A stretch of 64,000 bases of DNA from Octopus vulgaris (taxonomy: Eukaryota), in contig OX597835.1 in the NCBI GenBank assembly GCA_951406725.2, positions 49,104,001 through 49,168,000 of the forward strand, given 5' to 3'. The translations under genes and the position numbers were made by a program. Positions 25,706 through 39,280 of this stretch are shown here, in pieces; within the stretch, counting starts at the first letter, position 1, and every line of letters begins with the position of its first letter. Under the pieces are notes generated by a model that worked only from the letters and a program-made list of their open reading frames with translations, was not told the origin of the DNA and made no database searches.

Positions 25706-25947
25706 ACTCACACCACCTCGATGCTACTTAGACTATGGAAAATATGAACAGAAAATGAGTCAACGAAGGAGCCATTATGTAGTTACCCAAGCATTTTGAA
25801 CGTATATTCATGAAGGAGAGAAAGAGAGAGAACATCGTTGAGACGAAGAGAGAGTGTATGCGCAATCACGATCTGCTAGAAATAGTTGTTAATTCTCCTT
25901 CAAATGACACTCATCATCTGTTTTGCAATCATAAAATTCTTGCAACT

Positions 25948-25979
<32 letters not shown>

Positions 25980-27245
25980 TACATACACATATGTATGCAC
26001 ACGCACGCAGACACATTCTTGTACAGAGAACTTTCCCACTGTTTCCATCAATCGTCAACGCTGTGACTGTGGTAGACTACAATTGTTCGGAAAGCAGCGA
26101 AGTGGGTTCGAATCCTGAATCTACTTTACTACGTTGATTGTCAAGTGCACTTCTGAACGATGTTACCATAACTGCAACCAGGCCCCTGGGTAATTTTTCC
26201 TCTCCAACAATAGAAGAAAGTGAATTTAATTAGCATTTCGTATCAATGACTGATTTGCAAGTTATATTGCGATTCTCTTACTCAAGTGCACGATTTTTCC
26301 GCGGTACAAGAACACAAGAACTGATATAAACGATTACTTATTTTTTGTCTTCTATTTCTTAATTGCTTCTCTCTGGAAAACAAATTCTGCTTTTGTGACC
26401 TGGGCCTCAATATTTCGAAGCTGACCTATTTTCCATTACATTTCAAACAGATCCAGCGCTGAGTTGCTGAAGCAGAAATATCGTTATAGCAAATATTCTG
26501 CTCAATTCCACAGATTTACTTGTCAGTTGTTTGACCGTAAGCATTTGAGTTTGTCCCTTAATGGCTGATGGCATGTGTATCTCTGATCATAGCTATGTGT
26601 TGAGAGGGATTCTTTGGCATTTCAATAAATATAACAAAGGCAAAGTTCAAAGGAAATATTAACCATTTTTCATACTTTCTAGGGATCAGCAAACAGAAAA
26701 TATCAGTCGCTACCCAAAGGCGGCAAAAATTGTGTTAGTCAGTGTTCTATTACTTCCAACAAACTTACTCATGTCATAGACTGGAATTCTTCTCTAGTTT
26801 TCTAAAAGATTTTGAGAGGTTTGGCATTTAAAGGATAAGTAGTTTGCTGGCTGAAAGGAGCATATAACGTTGCAGTAGCGGTACAAATAACCGAGAGGAG
26901 AATCTGTGAGACTGTGAGCCTGTAGATGTAGCATATTGCTGAGTGAGCTTTTAATAGAAGTCAGAGAGCTTAGGTGAGGGTGATAGTGATGGGGGGGGGG
27001 GGAGTAGATTCTGAAATATTTGTTCTGTTGATGTTAAGATTTTCAAAAGAGATATTGTTGTATGATTTAAGGCCCATCGTATTAGGACTGGAAACACTTT
27101 GTTTCGTGTGAGTAAGGATATATATATACACACACACATATATGTATGTGTGTATGTGTGTGGGTGTGTGGGTGTTTGTGTGTGGGTGTGTGGGTGTTTG
27201 TGTGTGTACGTTTGTAAATATGCATAAGTGTATGTATTTATATAC

Positions 27246-27276
<31 letters not shown>

Positions 27277-27694
27277 AGTATTTATATGTATAAGTATGTG
27301 TGTGTGTGTGTTGTCATGCTAGTGGTTGTGTCCACATATGGCCCTATTTAAAAAATAAAGAAGTGAATTGATGAAAAAGACACCGTGTGATTATAAATAA
27401 ATATGTGCAATATGTGGGGGTACGGGGGTGGGTTAGTGGCGAAGTGGAGGAGTGTTGAGTGTGAGTGCCAGTGAGAAGAGAACTATGTGTGTGGGTGGGG
27501 AGAGCTGTGAGTGTGTGTGTGTCTGTGTCTGTGTGTGTGTGTGCGTGTGCGTGTGTGTGCGTGTGTGTAAAGTTAAAAGAACATTGTATTTCAATCAACG
27601 ACTCTGGTCAGATATAATTCGCGCGCGCACATATGTGTGTACATGTATGTGTGCGTGTGTACATATATGTGTGTGTGTGACATGTGTGTGTGTG

Positions 27695-27768
27695 TAACCA
27701 CAGTAAATAAGGTACTCAATACATGTGAAACAGTTCTAGTCCTGTAGAAGCTCCTTCTATATAATAAA

Positions 27769-27770
<2 letters not shown>
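27695..27770 (+). mobile_element. Penelope-like pLTR piece with hammerhead 3' half (27727-27754)
   Basis: GAAA-CAG(ttctagtc)CTG-TA-GAAGCTCC...AATAAA; shares TAACCACAGTAA.TAAGGTACTCAATACAT with 18781. Confidence 0.55.
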
Positions 27771-27821
<51 letters not shown>

Positions 27822-27844
27822 GCGTGTATGTGTAGATACATATC

Positions 27845-28050
27845 TTTTATTTGTTTGTTTCAGTCATTAGACTACGGCCATGCTGGGGCACCGCCTTGTA
27901 GAATTTCTGTCGAAACGAATCGATCCCAGTGCTTTTGTTTTCTCCCCTTCAGTCGTGTAATCGGTTTCATTTTCCGAACCACTAACTTACAGGGACGTAA
28001 AAGCACTAACGCCGGTTGTCACACGGTAATGGTGGGGGACAAGCACACAC
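27845..28050 (-). mobile_element. SINE family A, 3' half
   Basis: GTTTCAGTCATTAGACTACGGCCATGCTGGGGCACCGCC and onward. Confidence 0.8.
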
Positions 28051-28408
28051 ACAAAGACGCACACACACACACACACGCTCACACATGCACACACACACAC
28101 GCACCCACTCACCCCCCCCCACACACACACACACACGCTCACATGCGCACACATACACGCACACACCCACTCACCCCCCCTCCCACACACACACACATAT
28201 ATATAATACCAAAACATTATATATATTAACTGGCGGTGCCCCCAGCATGGCCGCAGCCTCAAGGTGAAACATAAAAGAATAAAAGGATCTGTTCAATTTG
28301 GCTCACAGGTTTTGGAACTTCGTATACTGGTGGAATGTCTCACGCAGAACACGGTTTACTTTGAACATTTTTGACAAAATTTGGTATCTTAGAAGTTATT
28401 TCGTTTTA

Positions 28409-31064
28409 AAGTTGTCGTATTTGGGTAATTTCAACCAATCAACGACGTGTATTCAGTTGAACAAAGCTACTGCTGTTTGCGATTGTAATCGAAGAGGAAC
28501 ACCTTCCGGGTCATTTCCACTAAATGTCACCATTATGTTCTGTTTTATTTTTTGTTTACTGTTTACTGCATATTACACGCTTTTCGGAGTAACCAGTAAA
28601 CATCGAAGAATCAATATCAAGAAGGAAGAAATATAATTTACATATATTTATTCGCGCGCCCGACATTGATGTTTTATCCACACATAAAGCGCACCGGTGT
28701 TTAAAAAACCTATACATCTACGAGTCCGCGGCTATCTTTTTTGTTGTTGACGTGTTTGTACTTTCAAAATGCCTTATCTTACAACTATGAGATGTATTGT
28801 TATTGTTATGATTTTATCTTACTATTTTTATTTTTATTTTATTTTTATTTTATCTAGTTTCAGCTCACGAGCTGTGGCCATGCTGGGGCACCGCCATTTG
28901 GTGTTGCTACATGATTTTACTTCACGAATGCTTTTTAGCAACTGCTATTTGGTGCATGAGAGAGTTTGATGCAGCTGCCTTCATCTGCACCTCCTGCCGT
29001 GAAGTTAGTTCATCTGGGATACCTGACAGGAAGAGATCCAGTTTTATTTTAAAAACATCTGCATCCACCCCATGCAGGTCTCTTAGGTTCTTCGGGAGGA
29101 TATTGAAGAGCTGTGGTCCTCGGAAGCCCAGGCTATCATAGTATCTTGTCCTACATCTTGATGGCAAATTTGGAGTCCTTGGCACTATGCAGTGGCGCCC
29201 AGTTCTACCATTTGTGTAACTCTCGATGCCAAAGTTTGGGACAAGTCCTTTTAGGATCTTCCAGATGTATATTATGGCATATCTTTCTCGCCTACGCTCT
29301 AAGGAATAGAGTCTTAATTCTTGAGTCTTTCCCAGTAGCTTATATGCTGCATAGAGGCTATCTTCTTCGTGTAGCTTCGTTGGATCGCCTCAAGTTCTGT
29401 GATTAATTTGACACTGGTTGGTGACCATAGCTGAGAGCAATAGTCAAAGTGGCTTAGGATAAGTGTCCTCCAGAGGACCATCATGGTTTCCTGGTCTCTT
29501 GTTCTAAAGGTTCTAAGAATCCATCTGGTCAGCCGCCTACATTTCATTTCCAATTTAGCAACATGCACACGAACGGTTGCATCATCACTCATGTAAATAC
29601 CCAGGTCTCGCACTGATTGTGCTTCTGGGATTGCAATCCCTCCAGGTCCCGTGTATTTATTGGGTATTGCATTTAGTTTTGCATGCTGATAGCATAAAGC
29701 TTGAAACTTTTCAGCATTGAACTGCATGCTATTCTTTTCAGCCCACTTGTATACTTTATCCAGCTCACATTGCAGGTGCATAGTGTCTTCAGGGTTCTGT
29801 ATTGCCTGTGAAACTTTTGTATCATCTGTATAACTTGTGATCGTGGCTCTCTGCGAGCTGAGGGCATGTCTGAGAGGGCCATTATAAACAGTAGTGGTCC
29901 CAAAACAGTGCCCTGCGGAACACCGCTCACTATTTGCGTGTTATTGGAGTTGGCCCCATTGGCTACTACCACCTGACTTCTATCCTTCAGAAAGTCATGA
30001 AGCCATGCTCCCAATTTTCCAACTATACCAAGATCACGCAGTTTGTCACATATCATTCAATGATCGACTTTATCAAAGGCCTTTGCAAAGTCGAGATATA
30101 TGACTTCCAGATTTGAGTGGTTGAGCAGTCGTTTCAGCACCCAGTCATAGTGTTGTAGGAGCTGAATTAGGCAGCTTCTTCCTGGTCGGAAACCATGTTG
30201 GGTGTCAGGCAGCAAGTCATTTTCATCAAGGAAGATGATTAGTTTCCTTCTGACTATTCGTTTCATGACCTTGCTGATGTGTGAGGTCAGAGCGATAGGT
30301 CTGTAGTTCTTGGCCTCCGCTCTGCTACCTCCTTTATGAATAGGGCATATTTAACCTTCCTTCAGTTTTCTTGGAAGTTTGCCAGTTGCAAGGAAGCTCT
30401 GAAAGAGGAACTGCAGTGGTCTTGCTAGGACTCTCTTACATACTTTTAGAAGGATTGCTGGGAATCCATCGGGGCCAGTAGGTGAGTTTGTTTTCATTTC
30501 ATCTATAGCCTTTATTACATCGTCTTCCTTTATATTGATGTAATCAATCATCGCTGCCTCTGATTTTACATCTGCAGTGGTAAAGAAGTCAGTTGGATTG
30601 CTGACTTGAAAATGCCCTAGGGGTAGAGTGAAAATACTCTTGAATTTCTCATTTAGTATTTTAATTATCCTCATTGGATAATCAACAACAAACACATTTC
30701 GTCAATATAAAAGTTTTTAATTGATTAAAAATAACATTATCAAAACATGAAGATAAAGTAAAACAAATAGCGGTTTATACACCGGAAAATGCGGTAACTG
30801 TAGTGGCAGTAACAACTTCGCTCGCTGGTTGCTAGTTAATAGTGTAGGAGAGAGGGAAAGAGTGAGGAATGCACGGTGCTGACTAGAAAGGAAGAAAGGA
30901 TAAAGGTGGCATCGTCTTCGCTCGACATACGAATAGAACAGAGTGCTGACATTTAGTAGAGATGACCCGGAAGTTGTTCCTCTTCGATTACTATCGCAAA
31001 CAGCAGTAGCTTTCTTCAACTGAATATACTTCGTTGATTGGTTGAAATTACCCAAATACAACTT
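28409..31064. repeat. ~120-bp inverted repeats (28409-28529 and 30947-31064) bracketing the CR1-like LINE; probable old TIR element
   Basis: GTATTTGGGTAATTTCAACCAATCAACGA...TTCCGGGTCAT...CTAAATGTCA versus its reverse complement; also visible as matching ORF text in 28298+ and 30717-. Confidence 0.8.
28823..30680 (-). mobile_element. CR1-group LINE, 5'-truncated, reverse transcriptase pseudogene
   Basis: GPDGFP; QHGFRPGRSCLIQLL; YLDFAKAFDKVDH; SGVPQGTVLGPLLF; SYTDDTK; FNAEK; DYCSQLWSP; LEAIQR; frameshifts; short 3' UTR and (TAAAA)-type tail. Confidence 0.93.
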
Positions 31065-31346
31065 GGGTAATACATACATACATACCTGTTTACGGTCACC
31101 TCGATCCCATTGGTCTTATATGTCTAAGAGAAGACTTGGTATGGCCATGGCTGAGAGCTTTCCTGCAGACAAACCTATTTAAAACAGAAAGAGAGAGAAT
31201 GTGAGAGAAATGACAAGAAAGAGTGAGAAGGGAGAAGGAGACAGACGTTAAGGGAGAGATGTTGAGTATCTACTGAGGGAGAGGGAGAGGTAGACAGCTA
31301 TATTCACAGACCGAGAGACGGACAGACAGATATATATATATATATA

Positions 31347-31645
31347 TCACGTGATCACGTGACCGACCAGACCATCAGATGTTGTTACACATCGCTGGTC
31401 ACAATGCGTTCGCATTGTTTTAGCCTTCGAACGACGCCACCCCGCTGGCTAAGCGAGCAGGCCAACAGAAGAAAGAGTGGTGAAAGAGTACAGCAGGGAT
31501 CACCCCACCACCCCCTGCCGGAGCCTCGTGGAGCTTTTAGGTGTTTTCGCTCAATAAACACTCACAACGCCCGGTCTGGGAATCGAAACCGCGATCCTGC
31601 GACCGCGAGTCCGCTGCCCTAACCACTAGGCCATTGCGCCTCCAC
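31347..31645 (-). mobile_element. SINE family C (tRNA-derived), full length
   Basis: GGAGGCGCAATGGCCTAGTGGTTAGGGCAG...GGTTTCGATTCCC; 3' end (CACGTGAT)2; copies at 34051 and 42250. Confidence 0.9.
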
Positions 31646-31652
31646 ATATATA

Positions 31653-32935
31653 CGAGGAACGTTCAGTAAGTAATGCCCCTGACCCATTTGTAATTGTTTG
31701 ATCTTGCTGAAATTTTGCATGTGCAATTGTTGATATCTCTATAGATTAAGTGGCAAATTACAGCTAATTATGGTTTCTGATTTACAGGTGTTTGAACTGA
31801 GTCAAGTGTGAAATGGAGCCTGTTGAGTGTCGAGCAGTGATCCGGGTTTTGTATTTGAAAGGACGCACACCACGGGAGACTTGTGATGAAATGAAAGTAA
31901 CTTATGGTAATGATGCCCCATCATATGACCTTGTAAAACGCTGGCATCGTGAATTCAAACATGGTCGGAACTCTGTGGAAACAGCCCCCAGATCTGGTCA
32001 CCCTCCTTCTGCCATTGATGAGGCATCTGTCCGTCAAGTTGAGGCTGCCATTTTGGAAGATCGACGCATAACTATTCGCCAAATAGCCCATGAGGTCAAG
32101 ATTAGTACCGGGTCTGTGGAAACTCATTCATGACCATTTGCATATGCAAAAGGTGTGTGCCAGATGGATTCCCATGTTGCTCACACCTTTCCAGAAGCAA
32201 GAACGCGTCGAGTGCTCGAGGATGAATTTGGAGATGTCCCATGAAGATGAGTCAAAATTTTTCAAAAGAATGATTACACAGGATGAAACCTGGGTCCATC
32301 ACGAAGATCCAGAGACCAAAGCCCAGTCAATGCAGTGGAAGCACCGTGACTCACCTCCTCCAAATAAGGCAAGGGTGCAGCCCTCCGCTGGCAAGGTCAT
32401 GCTCACAGTCTTCTGGGACCAGGACGGAGTAGTGATGACAGATTTCCTGGCAAAGGGTACCACAATTACAGGAGCCTATTATGCTTCACTTTTGAGGAAA
32501 TTAAGAGAAGCTATCAAAATCAAGAGGCGGGGCAAGATCAGCAAAGGCATCCTCCTCCTGCAGGACAACGCTCCGGTCCACAACTCGATGGTCGCCAGAT
32601 CAAAAGCACAGGCGTGCGGCTATGAACTCCTCCCCCAACACCTTTCTCTCCTGACCTTGCACCCTCGGATTTTCACCTCTTCCCACCCATGAAGTTGTTT
32701 TTGAAAGGAAAGCGTTTCCCAGATGATGCAGCCTTGATTTCTGAAGTCAGGTCGTGGTTGGAGGACCAAGCTGGGGTCTTCTACAAAAACAGTCTCTAGA
32801 GCTGCATCAAACGATGGGAGAAATGCGTAACTCTGGGTGGTTCCTATGTAAAAGAAGACTAATAACTGTGCCAAGTGTCGTTGCTCTACTGCTATGGGAA
32901 GTGGGTCAGGGGCATTACTTATTGAATGCCCCTCG
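31653..32935 (+). mobile_element. Near-complete mariner (DD34D) transposon, 1283 bp, with TIRs and TA flanks
   Basis: TIRs CGAGGAACGTTCAGTAAGTAATGCCCCTGACCCA and CGAGGGGCATTCAATAAGTAATGCCCCTGACCCA (30/34); TA on both sides. Confidence 0.95.
31813..32862 (+). pseudogene. mariner transposase pseudogene
   Basis: HTH N-terminus, WIPMLL, TQDETW, LLQDNAPVH, FSPDLAPSDFHLF, ...GSYVKED*; two frameshifts (~32125, ~32640) and one premature stop (~32798). Confidence 0.93.
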
Positions 32936-32975
32936 TATATATATATTTATATATATATATATATATATATATGTG

Positions 32976-33012
<37 letters not shown>

Positions 33013-33022
33013 GCACACATTC

Positions 33023-33121
<99 letters not shown>

Positions 33122-33152
33122 GAGAGAGAAAGGCAGACAAAAGGACAGGCAA

Positions 33153-33232
<80 letters not shown>

Positions 33233-33581
33233 GATTCATAGATTCATTCATTCAATCATTCATTCATTCATTGTAATCTTGATTATGGATTACTATCGAC
33301 TGTGACGGTTTAAAATTAGGAAGCAGGGAACCTCATATTCACATTTTATCGTCCCATCGCTCGGTGATTCAGATATTCTAATAAGTCGACAGAGCGCGGA
33401 ATTTATTGAGAGGAGGAGTTAGTAATTTGCAAAATTATCGACGATCAGAGAAATTGACAAATGATCTAATCACACTTTAAAGCCATTTAACGTTAAAGTT
33501 AAAGGAAAGACAAACTACAAAGCAGTCGATTTCTTAAAGCTGAATTTTAGAGGGAAAATTCCAACCAGTCAACTTACTATG

Positions 33582-33735
33582 ATTGTGTAAAGAAGCTTGC
33601 TTCCCAACAACAGGGTTCTGGGTTCAGTCCCACTGTGTGATACCTTGGGCAGGTGTCTTCTACTATAGCCATGAATCGGTCAAAGCCTTGTGAGTGAATT
33701 TCGTATACAGAAACTGAAAGAAGCCCGTCGTTAAT
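33582..33735 (+). mobile_element. SINE family A, 5' half
   Basis: AAGAAGCTTGCTTCCCAAC...GGGTTCAGTCCCACTG...GAAACTGAAAGAAGCCCGTCG. Confidence 0.85.
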
Positions 33736-34050
33736 ATAGCTATGTGTGTGTGTGAGATCTAACCTGGAAGCTAAAACTTTCTTTAATATAAGTGCATTAC
33801 GTAAACTACATTAACATTCTATAAAATGAGTTACTTTCCCCATGTTCACATGAAAAATATCACTTCTAAGATATTATATTGATATTCTACTTCGAGATCA
33901 AGAGATCCGGAAATACCATGGTGCCGTATCTTTATATCGTCCACTCTCAATATTTCATTCTAACGAGAAGGTCAATTTCTTGAAATTATATATGTGTATG
34001 CGAGTATGTGGCTTTAAGCTTGTGTATATATACATATATATATATATATA

Positions 34051-34309
34051 TCACTTGATCACTTGACCGGCCAGACCATCAGATGTTGTTACACATCGCT
34101 GGTCACAATGCCTTCGCATTGTTTTAGCCTTCGAATGACCAACAGACGAGAGAGTGAGAGTACAGCAGGGATCACCCCTCCCCTGCCGGAGCCTCGTGGA
34201 GCTTTTAGGTGTTTTTGAGCAATAAACACTCACAACGCCCGGTCTGGGAATCGAAATCGCGATCCTACGACCGCGAGTCCGCTGCCCTAACCACTGGGCC
34301 ATTGCGCCT

Positions 34310-34313
<4 letters not shown>
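34051..34313 (-). mobile_element. SINE family C
   Basis: Homologous to 31347-31645 with an internal deletion. Confidence 0.88.
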
Positions 34314-34355
<42 letters not shown>

Positions 34356-34358
34356 GTG

Positions 34359-34458
<100 letters not shown>

Positions 34459-34718
34459 AGATAAGAAAATGGAGAAATACATCTAAATCAAATATCAATT
34501 ACCAGATAATACTCAATCACATACTTTATTAAACCACCACATAAGAGACTGTAGGGTTAAATATAAAAAGCAGAACAAATCAGTGTACATAAAGGAATGT
34601 ACATAAAAAAGTATACATAAAAGAGTAATGTTGTATAATAAGTAGAGTATATATAAAAGAGAATATAAATATAAGTATAAATTACATCGTACAGCAGTTT
34701 CGGCCATGTCGATAAGTA

Positions 34719-34759
<41 letters not shown>

Positions 34760-35125
34760 ATATAATTGAACGCCACACATCCATTTTCAAGTAAGTTAAC
34801 TTAACCTTTTTTATAGGAGTCTACTCTATACTGTTTTCTCCCCCTCCTTTTCTACTTCCCTTTTTCTCCCCTTCGCCGTTTTCTATCTGTCTCTCTCTTC
34901 ATCCCCACTTTCTCTTTCTATCTCTATCAATGCTCACACGTGATATCGTCCACCTTTTCCTCACATGACCATCATTCTTTGCCTGAACTGACGTTCTAAG
35001 GACTGGGCGTCTTCTATCGCTCTCTTCTATTTTTTCTATTTTTCACAGAAAACATTTCTTCCGGCGTTCACTATCTTTCCTCTCGTTCTGGTCTCATGAC
35101 CCTTGTTGTTTGCTTCTCTCTCCTG

Positions 35126-35160
<35 letters not shown>

Positions 35161-35199
35161 TTTTGTTCTCTCCCTTCTCTCTCTCTCTCTCTCTCTCTC

Positions 35200-36430
35200 T
35201 GTCCTTCCCTGTACATTGGTCAAACGGGAGGCCGCTTGGCTGACTGGTTCTTGGAACACCTTCGAGACATCAGACTCAGCAATAACACCTCGGTCTCGCA
35301 CCACTTCTGCTCTACCAGTAATTCGCTACATCTGTCTGTTTTCGAACTGTCTCTGCACAGGGACCACCCGGACGCCCACCTTCGCCGTGAACAGGAATTT
35401 ATCTTCTCTCTTCTTTCCTTTGTGCCATATGGGCTCAACGCCCCTCCTCTCTTCCTCTGACACCAACCCCACACGGGTTCCCACATTCAACTGACCCTCT
35501 CCACCTACACACCTATATACCGCCCACCTCCGTACCCTCACCACACACGCACCACTATACGCACACTCATACACACTGTTCAACTCATCACTCAGTTCGT
35601 ACCAATACACACCCACAACACCTTCCCACTCAACACACACTAGCACCAACCACTTCTCAGCACCCACACCACACACCATTATCCACGCACCCACATACAA
35701 TCTTTACTAGTGTCACCACACATACCACTATACGAGAAGCCACACACACACTGCTTGCTTAACTCAGTACACACACCACACACCATCATGCACACTCCCA
35801 CACGTAATATCTGAACACAGACAATATATGCCCCCACACACAAACAAGCACATGATGCCTCAACACAGACAATACACACACACACACACATACACATGCA
35901 ACACACATAGACAAAGATAACTTTTTCCCACAAACATACCCCATCCATATGCACACTATTTGGTCACAGACACACACACATACACACGTGCACATACCAC
36001 TTGAAAAAGCACACATCAACTGTTACACACAAGGCACACACACACACACACACACACACGCATTCACACGCGTCAGACTCACTCGCCACCATTCATAGAT
36101 ATACACATAGACACTCACACACACACCTTTCTCACACACACGCGCTTGCGCACCTTATTTCGTTCGGATCTCCATTATAATCTTCCTTTCATTCAACTTT
36201 TGTTGGTTTTTTTTGCCAGTCATATCGCCATGTTGGACCGCTGAATTTTACACAGTTTTCCTCACTCCGGTTTTATTTTTTATTCTCTCTATTTTTTCCT
36301 CTTATTCCTTTCTGTCAAAGAGCGTAAGCTCGAAACGTAGTAGACTTTTCACTTTTCCCCCAGCGTGAAACTAATAAACCTGCTTGTTGTTCATACACCT
36401 GTCTTCGTCTTTTGGTTTTCCCTAAATTTG
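35200..36430 (+). mobile_element. Penelope-like element 3' remnant: GIY-YIG endonuclease C-part, CA-rich UTR and pLTR
   Basis: CPSLYIGQTGGRLADWFLEHLRDIRL...HHF...REQEFIFSL...PYGLN (stop at 35460); degenerate HHR CTGTCAAA-GAGC(gtaa)GCTC-GAAA-CG-TA at 36312-36339, then AATAAA. Confidence 0.8.
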
Positions 36431-36894
36431 AATTATATGTGTGTGTGTATACACACACACACACACGCGCACACACATCACAGATATACATAATGTACAT
36501 TGTTGTGTATACATTCGTATATATATATATATATATATACATATATACATATATATAAATCCATATATATATGCATATACATATATATATACATATATAC
36601 ATATACATATATATAAATCCATATATATATATATGCATATACATATATATATACATATATACATTAACATATATATATATATATTTATATATATATATAT
36701 ATATAAGGGTAAACCTATATCTAATTTGTCCTCCAAACAGGCAGCGTTTATTTTGGTGAAATTTCTACTAGTTGGAACAATTTCAATGGTCACCACCCGT
36801 CATCTTGGATTACACAGACAGATTATATTAGACTAGCAACAATTGAGATGGCGGCGGCGGTGATGGTGGTGGTGGTGATGATGATGATGATGAT

Positions 36895-36925
<31 letters not shown>

Positions 36926-37859
36926 AGGAGGAGGATAAATGGTGATGGTGATGAATATGAGGTTGATGGTGAGGATTTCTTATATACGTCACAGCAATAC
37001 AGTTGAGCATTTATATACACTCGCTTTGACACTATATATAACTCGGTGTATTGAAAATGGCACCGGAATTTAAAATATGTAATACAAGATATGCACGCAA
37101 GATTTGCATATAGACATGCGAGAGCGTGTGTGTGTGTGTAGATATAGATAGGTCTACATATAAGCATGTACACTCACATACACACACATGTATAAATGTA
37201 CATAAATACACACATTCAAGCATACACGACTACATTCGTTGAAAAGTATATAAACATACTTCCATGCTTACATCCATGCATACATACATGATTATATATA
37301 TGCATCTATGCATCTATGCATATATGCATACATATATACATATATACATGTGAGTGTGAATACATACATACAGACACGCGTACGTACATACATACATGCA
37401 CGCATACATGCATTCATATACACAAGCATATACACGCATGTATGTATATTAATATATGCAGCCATCCTGGTTTACGTAATATTGGAAGTGGAACAGCACA
37501 GCCTTTGTCACAGCTTTTAATTGAAAGCTAAATAATAAAACTCTTTTTCGTCTTTTTTTTTTGTTACCTGGTACCAGTAATTGGGCCGTGACCATGCAGG
37601 GGCACTGCTTTTGAGGGTTTCAACTCATTATATCTTAATACTTTGTTTTATTTACTACTACTACTACTACTACTACTAGTAGTAGTAGTAGTAATAATAA
37701 TATTAATAATAATAATAATATTAATAATGATGATGTTGATGATAATAATAATAATAATAATAATGATGATGATGATAATAATAATAATAATAATAACTGT
37801 TTTCTTTTTTAGTTTTTGATACTTTTTTTTGCTTACACATATATATAGTAGATGTATGT

Positions 37860-37938
<79 letters not shown>

Positions 37939-37941
<3 letters not shown>

Positions 37942-38069
37942 GGTGTCCCTAAAAAATGTATACACACCTTAAATAATTGTAAATTTGTTATTCTTTGTAA
38001 GCCTAGTACTTATTCTATCGCTCTCTTTTGCCGAACAACTATGTGCATACATTTTTTTGGGACACCCTG
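37939..38069. mobile_element. Tc1/mariner-type MITE, 131 bp
   Basis: TA|CAGGGTGTCCCTAAAAAATGTATACACA ... TGTGCATACATTTTTTTGGGACACCCTG|TA. Confidence 0.88.
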
Positions 38070-38404
38070 TATATACGTGCGCGCGCGTGCGCCAGTGAGT
38101 AGGTAGTTGCTGATAATTTTTGGTGTCGTTTCATCCGTATCATTTTTAGATTTTAAACAATCCTAGAGGGAGTTTTTCTTTCCTAACCGCAAGAACTGAT
38201 CTCAAATGATAGAACTCGTTCAAGTCACTATATCACACACGTCCGATTCTTCTGCATTCGCAGCTGAACCTGCAGAATTCCCACCCCGTCACCATAAGGG
38301 TATATTCTCTGCAGCCCATTGATGGATATTGGCTCAGTAACCAGTCTTCTATTTAACAAAAACAACAATAACAACAGCAACAGTAACAACAATAATAATA
38401 ATGA

Positions 38405-38600
38405 TAAGGCCTGAAATTTGGGGGAAAGAGGCCAGACGATTAGATCTACCCTAGTACAACACTGGTACTTAATTTCTCGATCCCAAAAGGATGAAATACA
38501 AAGTCGACTTTGGCGGAATTTGAACTCAGAACGTCAAGATAGACGAAATGCTGCCAAGCAGTTTGTCCGACGCACTAACAATTCTGCTAACACGCCACCG
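38405..38600 (-). mobile_element. SINE family B, (TTA)-tail type, degraded
   Basis: CTGGTACTTAATTT...AAAGGATGAAA...GGCGGAATTTGAACTCAGAACG. Confidence 0.8.
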
Positions 38601-39280
38601 TATTATAGTGGTTTTAAAATTTTTTCCCAAGGCCAGCCATTTTGAGGAATGTAACGGAAAGCCTCAAGCTCGAACTTCACTGAAATTTTATTTTATTGAC
38701 CGCGAAAGAAGGAAAACAGAGTTGACCTCAGCGAGATTTGAACTCAGAACGTGAAGTGCATAAGAAATGGTGGCTTCTGATTTAAGTACAAGGCCAACAG
38801 TTTTGATTGGAGGAAATAGTCGCCCCCATCGCCCCAGTATTTGATCTTATCGAGATTTGCACACAGGACGAAATAGACCCGAAACAAATCCTGAAATGCG
38901 TTGGTGACAGTTGGTCTGGCCCTTTTGTCTGGCCCTTAGGCTTGGCCCTTAGGTCTGAAATACCAGAGAAGAAAATACTTGATTGAAGGGACTTTATTTC
39001 ATCGATCTTCAATGGAGATTTGAAATCAGAAGGTAGGAACCCAGAAGAAATATTGGTTTCACATTTTGGCACAAGGCCAGCACTTTCGTGGGAGGGAGTA
39101 AGTCACCTTAGACCTGGAAGAAATATTGCAAATAATTTTGCTTGAAGGTCTAAAGCGGTGTTCTCAACCATTTTTTTTTCTTTTGGACCCTTTCCATTCC
39201 TATCTTACTCGTTTGATTCCTCTGCGTCATTCGAAATTAGAAAATCTTATATTTTTTATTTTATTATTAGGAATTATAAA

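Noticed and set aside
28922-30695. Intact reverse transcriptase gene
   Set aside because: Split over at least five frames, 5'-truncated, no endonuclease domain; a dead copy.
31560-31645. tRNA-like sequences (also 42250, 46095, 5744)
   Set aside because: A and B boxes present, but they are SINE or repeat heads with no complete cloverleaf.
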